From Acidimicrobiia bacterium (lineage in GTDB: Bacteria; Actinomycetota; Acidimicrobiia; Spongiisociales; ZC4RG35): a stretch of DNA of 64,000 nt. Under the pieces are notes generated by a model. It saw only the letters and a list, made by a program, of their open reading frames with translations. It did no database searches and was not told the DNA's origin. The DNA lies in assembly GCA_965203555.1 (NCBI GenBank), contig CBDBCY010000004.1:1856001-1920000 (forward strand), in the 5' to 3' direction. The position numbers and the translations under genes are program-made. Below, piece by piece: positions 48,232 through 61,383 of this stretch. Position 1 is the stretch's first letter. The number at the start of each line of letters is the position of its first letter.

Positions 48232-49002
48232 ATGGCCAAACTAGCAGGAAAAACGACTCTGGTGACCGGCGCGGGAGGGTCGATCGGCAGAGCCGCCGCC
48301 CAACTGTTCGCCGCCGAAGGCGCCTCCGTGGCAGCAGTGGATATCGATAACACCGCCGCCCGGGAAACGGTCCGACTCATCGAGCGGGACGGTGGAACAG
48401 CCTTGGCCTTGACGGCCGACGTAGCGGCGGCTGATCAAATCACCATGGCGGTCGACCGGGCAGCGGAGGTTCTGGGTGGCCTGGACGTGGTGTACAACAA
48501 TGCCGGGGTGGGTTCAAAAGGCTCGGTTGCCGACGCATCGGAATCCGACTGGGATCGCTGTTTCGACGTCAACGTCAAAGGAACCTTCCTGACTTCCAGG
48601 GCTTCCATACCTTATCTTCGCGAATCCGTTGGAGGCGCCATCGTGAACCAGGCCTCGGTGGCCGCCCTGGTGGGAGTGGCGGGGATGGCTGCCTATGGCG
48701 CCGCCAAGGGCGCCCTGGTAGCCCTCACCCGTTCGATGGCCGTGGATCTGGCGCCCCTGGGAATCCGGGTGAACGTGGTATGTCCGGGGACCGTCCACAC
48801 CCCGTTGATAGAGCCACTGCTACGCCAACGAGGGAAGGGGGACCTGGAACTGGGGATGAAAATGACCACCGTGAAGTATCCGATAGGCAGACTGGGAACA
48901 CCGATGGAAATCGCCCAGGCGGCCTTGTTCCTGGCCTCTGATAATGCGAGTTTCGTCACCGGCGCCGTTTTCACCGTGGACGGCGGGATGACCGCCCAGT
49001 AG
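48232..49002 (+). CDS. SDR, 2-(S)-hydroxypropyl-CoM dehydrogenase-like (XecE-like)
   Basis: GMAAYGAAKG, VCPGTV, KYPIGRLGTP and VDGGMTA resemble S-HPCDH; supported by context. Confidence 0.7.
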   Translation: MAKLAGKTTLVTGAGGSIGRAAAQLFAAEGASVAAVDIDNTAARETVRLIERDGGTALALTADVAAADQITMAVDRAAEVLGGLDVVYNNAGVGSKGSVADASESDWDRCFDVNVKGTFLTSRASIPYLRESVGGAIVNQASVAALVGVAGMAAYGAAKGALVALTRSMAVDLAPLGIRVNVVCPGTVHTPLIEPLLRQRGKGDLELGMKMTTVKYPIGRLGTPMEIAQAALFLASDNASFVTGAVFTVDGGMTAQ

Positions 49003-49005
49003 TCG

Positions 49006-49920
49006 ATGGCATTCTATCTCCACGCCGATAAACTGACCGACCTCAACTCGGCAGCGCGGCTGGTCCCCAACGGTGGACTGGTGGCGTTGGGAGGTAGCCT
49101 GTCGGCTCGGCTTCCAATGGCGTTGGTGCGGGAGTTGATCCGCCTCGAGACTGCCGAGTTGCACGTGGTGGGATCCGCCCACTCGATCGACGTGGACCTG
49201 TTGGTGGCCGCCGGCGCCATCAAGGTGTGCGAGCAGAGCTACGTCGGGTTTGAACAGGATCATGGCTTGGCGCCTGCCTTCCGCCGGGCTGCCCAGAACG
49301 GAGAACTGGAGGTCCGGGAGAGCTGCTGCGATACCGTCCTGACCCAGATAAGGGCGGCTGAGATGGGACTGCCGTTTCTTCCCGTACGAGGAGTGAAGGG
49401 GACCGGCATCAGGGAACTTCACCCCGAATACGGGGAGGTGACCTGCCCCTTCACGGGTGAGACCTTGGTGGCGGTCCCCGCCCTCTCTCCGGACGTGGCG
49501 CTTATCCATGCTCCGATGGGAGATCGGGCCGGGAATCTTCACTTGGAGCAGCCCTACGTACTGGACGAGCGATTCGCGGCCGGTTCAGCGGCGGTGGTGG
49601 CCACCGTGGATCAGATTGTCTCCACTCAACAGGTGGCAGAAGCCGGCATCGTGATTCCGGCCTACAGGGTTGCGGCGGTATCGGAGGCGCCTTTCGGCGC
49701 ACATCCCACCTCGGCCTTTCCCGGGTATGCCTACGACCGAGCCCATCTTGCGGAATGGGTCAAAGCGGCAAACACTCCACAGGGTGCCGCGGCATACCTC
49801 AACCACTACGTGACCTCAACCGACGAAGCCGGATACCGGGATTTGATCGGCGAACATCGCCTGGCTCGGTTGAAGGGTTACTCCGAATCCACCGAGTCTT
49901 GGATGAGTCTTTACTCATGA
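49006..49920 (+). CDS. CoA-transferase subunit A (glutaconate CoA-transferase-like)
   Basis: ALGG...RLPMALVRELIR, AAEMGLPFLP, CPFTGE...VPALSPDVALIHA and GAHPT. Confidence 0.9.
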   Translation: MAFYLHADKLTDLNSAARLVPNGGLVALGGSLSARLPMALVRELIRLETAELHVVGSAHSIDVDLLVAAGAIKVCEQSYVGFEQDHGLAPAFRRAAQNGELEVRESCCDTVLTQIRAAEMGLPFLPVRGVKGTGIRELHPEYGEVTCPFTGETLVAVPALSPDVALIHAPMGDRAGNLHLEQPYVLDERFAAGSAAVVATVDQIVSTQQVAEAGIVIPAYRVAAVSEAPFGAHPTSAFPGYAYDRAHLAEWVKAANTPQGAAAYLNHYVTSTDEAGYRDLIGEHRLARLKGYSESTESWMSLYS

Positions 49921-50716
49921 AGTTCACCTTCGACGAGTGGTTCGTGGTGGAGTTGGCGCGAACCATCCGGGACGGAGAGGTCACCTTCCACGGCTTCGCC
50001 AGCCCCTGTGCGCAGGTCGCAATGCACTTGGCCAAGCGCACCCACGCCCCCAACATGATGCTGATCGAAGGGGCCATGTACGCAGTGAATCCTGAGCCTG
50101 CGTTCATCCCGCCTACGGGTAATGACGCCGTCCTCAAGCAGGGGGCGGTGTACTCCATGCGTTTCGAGGAGTTCTTCGACGCCGCCGTGCGGGGAGACAT
50201 TGATCGCATGTTCCTTTCGGGGATCCAGATCGATCGCTACGGAAACGCCAACCTCACCGCGGTTGGGGGAATGCCCCGGCCCAAGGTGAAGATCGGCGGC
50301 GGCGGGGGGGGATGCAACGTCTCAGCAACGATCCGGCACCTGACGATCTGGAGCACCAACCACCGGCCGGGGCGCTGCCTGGTCTCCGAATGTGACTTCA
50401 TCACAGATGTCGGTCATAGGACCCCGGCGGGTACCAGGGCGGAGTTGGGATATACGGGCGGCGGCCCCGACTGGATGGTCACCGAACTGGGTGTGTTCGA
50501 TTTTCCCGAGGGAAAGGCACGTCTACGTCGAGTCTTCCCCGATGTGACAGTGGACGATATAGAGAGGGTCACCGGATTCGATCTGCAGGTCTCCCCTGAC
50601 CTGACGGCAGTCGATCTGCCTGACCGGACCCAGATCGAGATGGCCCGAGAGTTGGACCCGCTGGGCATTAGGAGGAACGAGTTCCGGCCGCAGGAACTTC
50701 AGAGAACGTTCTTCCT

Positions 50717-50720
<4 letters not shown>
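49917..50720 (+). CDS. CoA-transferase subunit B
   Basis: LAKRTHAP...IEG (catalytic Glu position), QIDRYGNANL, GGGG and VTELGVFDF. Confidence 0.9.
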
Positions 50721-54368
<3,648 letters not shown>

Positions 54369-54378
54369 AGTCGGTCGC

Positions 54379-55245
54379 ATGCCCACTTGGCTAGAGATTG
54401 GCGTCCCTGCGGAGGTCATCGAGTCCCGCGCCGGCAGGGATGTCGGCGTCGGGGTGACCATGGTTATCGACAGCGGCCTAGGCCTGGCCGCTACCCGGGA
54501 CATCCTGTCCGTTGCCGGGCAATGGATCGACCACTGGAAGCTGAGCTTCGGCACGTCGGCCCTGATGCCCGAGAACCTCCTTCGGGAGAAGCTGGCGCTG
54601 ATCAGGAGTGCCGGGCTCTTGGTCTTCCCCGGGGGAACGCTGTTCGAATCCGCCGTCCTTCACGGCCATGGTGAGGTCTACTTCGAGAAGGCTGCCGAAC
54701 TCGGCTTCACCGCGGTGGAGATCTCGGAGGGAACTCTCGATCTGCCGACCAACCAGAGGCTGTCATCCATCCAGGCCGCTGCCGGCGCCGGCCTCATCGT
54801 GATCTCGGAAGTGGGCAAGAAAGATCCTCTCGGGCAACCCAGCCCTCCGGAGTTGGCGGAACAAGCGCTGATGGATCTCGAAGAGGGTGCTCGCTGGGTG
54901 GTGGTGGAAGGCAGGGAATCGGGGCGAGGCGTGGGGGTCTTCAGCAACACCGGCGGGGTCAACATGGAGGCGGTGGAAACCATCGCCCTCCACGTCGGCG
55001 ACGCCGTAGACCGGCTGGTGTGGGAGGCACCCATAAAGAGCCAGCAGGTCACCTTCATCCAACGGTTCGGACCCAATGTCAGCCTTGGCAATATTGATCC
55101 CACCCAAGTGCTGGCGCTGGAGGCCCTTCGGGCCAGCCTGCGATTCGAGACCCTACAACCCCTGGTCAGGCAACAACTGGCGGATCCGGACGAATGGCGG
55201 GAGAAAACAGGCCTCCTATGGGCGGCTTCTTTTCCTACTCCCTGA
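54379..55245 (+). CDS. comA: phosphosulfolactate synthase (ComA/XcbB)
   Basis: TMVID.GLG, KLSFGTS, PGGTLFE, EISEG, SEVGKK, EGRESG, WEAP and GPNVSLGNI. Confidence 0.92.
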   Translation: MPTWLEIGVPAEVIESRAGRDVGVGVTMVIDSGLGLAATRDILSVAGQWIDHWKLSFGTSALMPENLLREKLALIRSAGLLVFPGGTLFESAVLHGHGEVYFEKAAELGFTAVEISEGTLDLPTNQRLSSIQAAAGAGLIVISEVGKKDPLGQPSPPELAEQALMDLEEGARWVVVEGRESGRGVGVFSNTGGVNMEAVETIALHVGDAVDRLVWEAPIKSQQVTFIQRFGPNVSLGNIDPTQVLALEALRASLRFETLQPLVRQQLADPDEWREKTGLLWAASFPTP

Positions 55246-55248
55246 GGT

Positions 55249-56166
55249 CTAGTCGGCCAGGTCCGCCAGTAACCGCCGCGTCGCCTCCGTGCCGGTCCCC
55301 GTATCGAACGGAACCGCCCAGACATCGGTGGCGCCTGCATCAAGGAAGGACTGAAGCCGCGAACGCACCGTTTCTTCATCCCCGGCGATGACGACATCAG
55401 CGGGGCCCTCCACTCCGGCTCGATCCATCATGCGCCGATAGTTGGGCAACATTCCATACATCGCAAATGTGGAGGCAGCGACATCGCGAGCCCGATCGTG
55501 ATCGGAGTCGAGGGCTACCGGGATCCCAGCCACTATTCGCGGTGAGGACCGGCCGGAGGCCTCGGCTCCCTCGGCAGCCATCGGGGCAACCACATCTTCG
55601 ATGTATTGGGGACCCGCCATCCAGGTATTCACCCCGTGTGTCAACTCTCCTCCCAACCGACACATCGCCGGGCCCACCGCTCCAACGATCAGAGGAACCG
55701 GTCTGGTTCCCGGAAACCGGATGACGGCTTGTACCCGATAGTGGTCCCCTTGGAAAGAGCAATACCCATCGGTTAGGAGCGCTCCCAGGACGGTGAGGTA
55801 TTCGCGCAGGTGCCCCAGTTGGCTCGAATAGTCCAAACCGTGCATTGCCTCGATCACCACTCGATGCGAAACCCCCACGCCCAACACCAACCGGCCCCCA
55901 GCCAATTCCTGCACCGTTGCCGCGGCCTGGGCCAGGGCCACCGGATGACGTGGATAGGTAGGTATCACCCCCACCCCCAACTCGATCCGAGATGTCGCCC
56001 TGGCTGCGACGGCCAACATCGTCAAGGAGTCCATGTGCCTGCTGAAGTGATTGCACCAAGCCGCCCCGAACCCTGCTTCCTCCGCCGCAACGGCATCCTG
56101 CACAACATCGCTTGGAGCGCGGGGCGCCCCCAGCGCTTCCGAACCGATTGTTGCAACGATGCGCAT
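55249..56166 (-). CDS. LLM-class (probably F420-dependent) oxidoreductase
   Basis: AEEAGF, IELGVGVIPTYPRHP, GRLVLGVGVSH and GAVGP. Confidence 0.88.
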   Translation of the reverse strand: MRIVATIGSEALGAPRAPSDVVQDAVAAEEAGFGAAWCNHFSRHMDSLTMLAVAARATSRIELGVGVIPTYPRHPVALAQAAATVQELAGGRLVLGVGVSHRVVIEAMHGLDYSSQLGHLREYLTVLGALLTDGYCSFQGDHYRVQAVIRFPGTRPVPLIVGAVGPAMCRLGGELTHGVNTWMAGPQYIEDVVAPMAAEGAEASGRSSPRIVAGIPVALDSDHDRARDVAASTFAMYGMLPNYRRMMDRAGVEGPADVVIAGDEETVRSRLQSFLDAGATDVWAVPFDTGTGTEATRRLLADLAD

Positions 56167-56457
56167 TTGTATTCCTCTCGGTCCGCCCTGTCCGCAGACC
56201 CTCAAACCGCAAAGCGTAACGGATGTGTGGCGTTTGTCGGCAACGCGGTTCGGGCGAGACGCGTACTTCCAACACCGAAAATTCCACTCAAGCCGCCCAT
56301 GGCCTCCAGCCGACGCCCTTCCCATGCCATCCCGGTCCAGACGCCTGGACATACCATTGTCAAGGGCTCTAACCTCTCAGGCAGAGCAGAAGAGCGCGAC
56401 GGGGAGCTATCATGAGGGTGATAGCGGAAGAGGGCCGTTGTTGCAAGGAGGGAAGAA

Positions 56458-56856
56458 GTGTCTTTGCCATTGGAGTTTGTCCTCCATGGTTCTCCCGTGT
56501 CCCAGCAGACCAAGAGGAGACAGAGGTTGACAGAATGGAAGCGGGACGTGCGGATCGCCGCCAGACAGCATTGGAGTATGGCGCCGCCCTTTCCCGGAGA
56601 GGTCATGGTGAGCATCACCTACTTCTTTACCGACACGGCGCCCGATGTTGACAACGTGCCAAAGCCCATCCTGGATGCTTTGAAGGAACTGATCTATGCC
56701 GACGACTTTCAGGTATCCGACCTATTCAGCAGCAAGAGAGAGATCTATCGGGTCCTGCGCGTCCGGAACCCGACTTTGCTGGGACCTCTCCAGACTTCAG
56801 AACCGTTTCTCCACGTCAAGGTGGCCGAGGCGCCAAGTCAAGAGGTGGCTTGTTGA
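56458..56856 (+). CDS. RusA-family nuclease
   Basis: EF...G.PVSQQ and PDVDNVPKPILDAL...YADDFQV (RusA DxDN..K...D..DD motif). Confidence 0.85.
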   Translation: MSLPLEFVLHGSPVSQQTKRRQRLTEWKRDVRIAARQHWSMAPPFPGEVMVSITYFFTDTAPDVDNVPKPILDALKELIYADDFQVSDLFSSKREIYRVLRVRNPTLLGPLQTSEPFLHVKVAEAPSQEVAC

Positions 56857-57518
56857 TGAAAGGCGCCACGATGTCTGAAGAGCTTCTGGCTTACGTTATA
56901 GAAAGGGAGTGGCGCGGTAAAGGGTATGAGGTCCTGCCCGCGCAGAAACTGGATTTCCTGCCCGAATTCACCCCGGATCTGGTCGTTCGCAAAGACGGTG
57001 AAACCAGGGTAATAGAGATAAAGGCACGATCTTCTTTGGCGGCCAGCCCGAAGATAAGAAAATGGGCACGACAAATCCACTCCAGACCCGGGTGGAGTTT
57101 CGAATTGGTGCTGGTGGGGGAACCCGAGAAACTGGAGTCACCCGAGAGCCTGCGATCATTCGACGTTGCGGATGTTCTTGGGCGAATCGAGCAGGCCGAA
57201 AGAGTTCTTGACTCGGGTTTCTCCGAAGCCGCTTTCTTGCTGGCATGGACTGCCTGCGAAGCTGCCATCAGAATGTGCCTGGTGGAATATGGCGCCTCGA
57301 ATGCCGGAATCACCACTTCCCGTCACATCCTCGACCAGGCGGTGTATATGGGCGCGATATCGAGAGACGAATACCGCCACCTGACCGTTGCACAGAAGAA
57401 CCGCAATGCCATCGCTCACGGCTTCGGGAGCGGCGATGTCACTGGCGAGTCGGTAAAGAATCTGTTAGCAACGGCACGCGGCCTTCTCGCAACTTCAGAC
57501 CAAAGAGCCAACGGTTGA
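56856..57518 (+). CDS. PD-(D/E)xK restriction-endonuclease-like domain fused to HEPN-like domain
   Basis: PDLVVRK...VIEIK at the N-terminus; AAFLLAW..CEAAIR and RNAIAHG (RxxxxH) at the C-terminus. Confidence 0.78.
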   Translation: MKGATMSEELLAYVIEREWRGKGYEVLPAQKLDFLPEFTPDLVVRKDGETRVIEIKARSSLAASPKIRKWARQIHSRPGWSFELVLVGEPEKLESPESLRSFDVADVLGRIEQAERVLDSGFSEAAFLLAWTACEAAIRMCLVEYGASNAGITTSRHILDQAVYMGAISRDEYRHLTVAQKNRNAIAHGFGSGDVTGESVKNLLATARGLLATSDQRANG

Positions 57519-57608
57519 CAGAACGTTCTGTTTTCCCTCAAACACAGTTTCAGGGACGTAGCCGGTCTCCGGTGGAGTAGTCGGGGATCTTGGTTTGCAG
57601 CGACGACC

Positions 57609-57670
57609 ATGATCTCCTGGAGGCGTGTCCGTCAGAGATGATCTCCTGGAGGCGTGTCCGTCAGAGATGA
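57609..57670. repeat. perfect 29-bp tandem duplication ATGATCTCCTGGAGGCGTGTCCGTCAGAG x2 (+ATGA)
   Basis: Units at 57609-57637 and 57638-57666, read directly. Confidence 0.95.
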
Positions 57671-57687
57671 CGTCAGGCTCGCTTCGG

Positions 57688-59472
57688 CTACTCGATCACG
57701 AATCGGAGATCCCCTCGACGACGGGTTTTTCCCTGGCTGTCTGTCCACTCCAGGAAGGGAACGGCGTACTTGCGGGACAGTCCGGCAGCGGCGCGAAAGG
57801 CGCTCACCGTGAACGGTTGCTCCAATTCGGCGGCTATGCCCAACAGTTCCTCCACCTGTTCGGGTAAGTAGAAGATTGAGGGACTCACCCGGAGCAACTC
57901 ACCGACCCTAACCAGGGCATGGGTCAGATCGTCTTCCAAGCCGAGCGTCGCCGGTGAGGGCGTCAACAGTCCTCCCTCCGCAATTTGTCGGCGGGCTTCT
58001 AACCAGGCGGGGGACCGGGTGGGGTCGGTATTCACTTCCGAGCGCGGATCCCTGATCACCGTTCCCTCCAGTCGCAGATAAGGATGATCGTTGGTCAACT
58101 CCACCAAGAGCGCCCGTTCTATCCCCAACTCAGAGGCTGCCCGGGCGGCGGGCATTCCCAACTGGTAAGGGTGCCTCTGGTTATGGGCACTCACGATGGC
58201 CTCCAACCGGGCAATCATCAACCCTGCCAACTGGTCGGAAACCGCCACACCCCCGGCAGTCACGCTCCTGTTTGGAAGTCCCCCCCGGGTATGGGCCGCC
58301 AGCTCGGCAAGCTCCGCTCGGCCCCGGACGGCCAACAAGCCGTCCGCCTGCTCCCCGGGGGATGCGCCTGCCAGCGGGGCCAACCGTCGTCCCAGCGTTC
58401 TTCGCTTGGCGAAGGTGGACGGAGCGCAGGGATCTGTTACCCGACCGCCGCCAACCACCATCCGCCGTCCCGTTTCACGCAACACGAATCGATCCCCCAT
58501 CGCCAATCGAAGCGGCTCGGTCACCCGCAAGTGGGCAACCATGGCGCCCGGTCCCCTCTCCAAAGGGGTAAACCGGACCGGCCAGGCGCCGCTTCCCAAA
58601 TGAAGGTGATAAGCGCCCCTGCCGGAAAGTTTCTCCACGTATCGGGCGGGACGCACCAGCGCCAGCACGGAGTCGGTGCTCCGCCACTGTCCGGGCGCGG
58701 TGAGGACACTTCCTCTTTCCAGGGAACGGCGGCCCAAACCAACCAGGTTGGCCGCCACCCTCCAACCCGGTCCCACCTTCTCGAGCGGCGTCCCGTGAGA
58801 CTCCAACCCCCTGATTCGAGCCATTGCCGGGCCAGGCCATATCTCCACCCGGTCACCAACAGCCAATCTTCCATCCAGCAGGGTCCCGGTCACCACCGTT
58901 CCCGCCCCTTTTATGGTGAAGGCACGATCTATCCACAGGCGAGGCCTGTCCAGGTCCTCCGGCGCATAGCCGTCCAGGGCTCCCTCCAGACTCTCGGCCA
59001 CCGCCCGAACCCCCGATCCCAGGGGCGCCGAAACCCGGACAACCGGCCATTGGGCGCCAACCGTGCCCGACAACTGTTCCACGGTGTCCAATTCCACCAG
59101 ATCGGCCAGTTCCTCGTCAACCAGGTCCACCTTGGTAAGCGCCACCACCCCCCGGGAGACCTCCAGCAGATCGAGTACCGCCAAGTGCTCCTCTGACTGA
59201 GGCATCCAGCCTTCGTTGGCCGCAACCAGGAATAGAGCCGCGTCGATGGCCTCGATTCCGGCCAGCATGTTCTTTATGAAACGCTCGTGGCCGGGCACAT
59301 CAACGAAGGAGACGTTCTGCCCTGCAGGAAGCCGCATCCAGGCAAACCCCAAATCGATGGTGAGGCCACGCCTCCGCTCTTCTTCCCAGCGGTCCGGATC
59401 GATTCCGGTTAGCGCCGCGATCAGGGTGGACTTGCCGTGGTCGACATGACCGGCGGTCCCGATTACCGGCAT
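57688..59472 (-). CDS. selB: selenocysteine-specific elongation factor
   Basis: GTAGHVDHGKS, EERRRGLTIDLGFA, DVPGHE and C-terminal GLSRKYAVPFLE winged helix. Confidence 0.96.
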   Translation of the reverse strand: MPVIGTAGHVDHGKSTLIAALTGIDPDRWEEERRRGLTIDLGFAWMRLPAGQNVSFVDVPGHERFIKNMLAGIEAIDAALFLVAANEGWMPQSEEHLAVLDLLEVSRGVVALTKVDLVDEELADLVELDTVEQLSGTVGAQWPVVRVSAPLGSGVRAVAESLEGALDGYAPEDLDRPRLWIDRAFTIKGAGTVVTGTLLDGRLAVGDRVEIWPGPAMARIRGLESHGTPLEKVGPGWRVAANLVGLGRRSLERGSVLTAPGQWRSTDSVLALVRPARYVEKLSGRGAYHLHLGSGAWPVRFTPLERGPGAMVAHLRVTEPLRLAMGDRFVLRETGRRMVVGGGRVTDPCAPSTFAKRRTLGRRLAPLAGASPGEQADGLLAVRGRAELAELAAHTRGGLPNRSVTAGGVAVSDQLAGLMIARLEAIVSAHNQRHPYQLGMPAARAASELGIERALLVELTNDHPYLRLEGTVIRDPRSEVNTDPTRSPAWLEARRQIAEGGLLTPSPATLGLEDDLTHALVRVGELLRVSPSIFYLPEQVEELLGIAAELEQPFTVSAFRAAAGLSRKYAVPFLEWTDSQGKTRRRGDLRFVIE

Positions 59473-60797
59473 GCCGTCCGAAGCGCCTCGGACACCGCCT
59501 GGTCGTCAGACGGAGAGACCGTCCGCAAGTCAACTCTCAATCGTCCTCGCTCTCTCCGGGCTACAACCGGGGGGTCCGACTCCAGAAGCCGGCGAAAAGT
59601 CTTATCGACCCGCCCTCCGACGGCTATCACAGGGCCGGGGATAACCGCTCCGGGCACGCTTCCCGCTCCCGGAGTAGCAGCGCCCTCCTCGATAACAGCC
59701 TCTATCCCTGCCGCCGCAATCATCCGGCGGGCCCTCTCCTCCAAATTTTTCCGATCCAGCCCGGCCATTCTCCAAAAAGGCAACCGCGCTGCCCGACCGT
59801 CGGCATAGGCCTCAGCCGTGCCGGCCAAAGCGGCCGCGGTAGGACCGTCTATACGAACCGCGCGGGCCGCAGGATGTCGGCGCAGCCGCGACACCAACTC
59901 GGCCCGGCCGACGATGATGCCCGCCTGGGGTCCGCCGAACAGTTTGTCTCCGGAGAACAACACCAAGTCTGCTCCTGCCTGAATGCTCTGTACCACCCCC
60001 GGTTCGTCGGTCAGCCAGGAAGGCGGCGGTCCCGGCCACCACGGGACCCGCTCATCGATCAAGCCGCTTCCTGCATCGAAGACCAGCGGGATGCCCGCCG
60101 AGGAAGCAAGGGAGGAAAGCTCCGGAAGAGTCGCCTCCTCGGAGAAGCCCACTATCCGGTAGTTGGAGGGATGGACCTTCAAAAAGAGGGCCGTTGATGA
60201 GGTCAATGCCCGCCGGTAGTCGGCGGTGCGGGTGCGATTGGTGGTACCCACCTCCACCAGTTGAGCACCCGAGGCGGCCATCAGTTCCGGCAACCGGTAG
60301 GACCCCCCGATCTCTATCAGTTCCGACCGCGAGACCGGGACCTGCCTCCCCCCGGCCAGCGCCATCAGGGTCAGCAACAGGGCGGCCGCGTTGTTGTTCA
60401 CCACCAAGGCTGCCTCTGCTCCGGTGATCAGCGCCATCAATCGATGCAGATACCCGGCCCTGCCTCCCCGATCGCCGCCCGCCAGGTTCAATTCGGTGTT
60501 GGAATAGCCGGCAGCCACCTCCGCGCCGGCCCGGACCGAGGCACCGTCCCAAGGGGCTCGGCCCAGATTGGTGTGGAGCAGGACCCCGGTGGCATTGATT
60601 ACCCGGATGGGACGGCGCCGGCTCAAACCGGCCAATACCCGGGCGGCGCCCACTTCCACCCCGGCGCCACCCTCGTCCCGATCCCGGGCATCGGCGATCA
60701 CCTCCCTGACCACCTGGATCACCAAGCTGCGCGGCAATGACCCGTCGTAAAGTGAATTCGCCAGGCGATCCACGGACGGGTATCTACGTTGCGCCAT
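59463..60797 (-). CDS. selA: L-seryl-tRNA(Sec) selenium transferase
   Basis: VINATGVLLHTNLGRAP, VNNNAAA, EIGGSYRLP, EVGTTNRT and FSGDKLFGGPQAG. Confidence 0.96.
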   Translation of the reverse strand: MAQRRYPSVDRLANSLYDGSLPRSLVIQVVREVIADARDRDEGGAGVEVGAARVLAGLSRRRPIRVINATGVLLHTNLGRAPWDGASVRAGAEVAAGYSNTELNLAGGDRGGRAGYLHRLMALITGAEAALVVNNNAAALLLTLMALAGGRQVPVSRSELIEIGGSYRLPELMAASGAQLVEVGTTNRTRTADYRRALTSSTALFLKVHPSNYRIVGFSEEATLPELSSLASSAGIPLVFDAGSGLIDERVPWWPGPPPSWLTDEPGVVQSIQAGADLVLFSGDKLFGGPQAGIIVGRAELVSRLRRHPAARAVRIDGPTAAALAGTAEAYADGRAARLPFWRMAGLDRKNLEERARRMIAAAGIEAVIEEGAATPGAGSVPGAVIPGPVIAVGGRVDKTFRRLLESDPPVVARRERGRLRVDLRTVSPSDDQAVSEALRTACR

Positions 60798-60984
60798 TGA
60801 ATTGAGGCTACCGGACCCCCGCGCCGACCCTGAGCGGGAGGTTACCGTCGACGACCCTGGCGCCATCTACCTGTTCCAGCCGCGGGATCGCAGACTCTTT
60901 CCGTACGCAAACGCCCCCACCTTGTCCTTCCCATTCAAAGCAACACAACTCGGCTATCCCGCTGCTGGGTTATCGTTGGGTCCC

Positions 60985-61383
60985 ATGTGGCGTTTGGTGA
61001 TTTTTGTGGGGGTTCCCCTGTTGGAGCTGTACGTGTTGTCCCTGGTGGAGGACCGTATCGGACTGCTGAACACCCTGGGACTGGTGGTGGCCACCGGCAT
61101 TTTGGGTGCGACGGTGATGAAGAGGCAAGGAGCGGAAGTGTGGAGGTCTGCCCAGATGAGATTGGCCCGCGGGGAGATCCCCGCCGAAGAAATCCTCGGA
61201 GGGATGATGGTGCTGGTGGGGGGCGCGCTGATGATCACCCCGGGAATCATCACCGACGCGGCGGGTCTTCTGCTGATGATCCCCGCCATAAGGAACCTGA
61301 TCATCCCCTCCTGGTCGAAAAGGAGAATCTTCATGACCTTTCCCGATCGTGACAACGGGGTCTATGACATCGATCCTTCCTAG
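60985..61383 (+). CDS. fxsA: FxsA family membrane protein
   Basis: VPLLELY and GGALMITPGIITDAAGLLL..P. Confidence 0.88.
   Translation: MWRLVIFVGVPLLELYVLSLVEDRIGLLNTLGLVVATGILGATVMKRQGAEVWRSAQMRLARGEIPAEEILGGMMVLVGGALMITPGIITDAAGLLLMIPAIRNLIIPSWSKRRIFMTFPDRDNGVYDIDPS

Noticed and set aside
57609-57670. CRISPR array
   Set aside because: Two directly adjacent units with no spacer and no cas genes.
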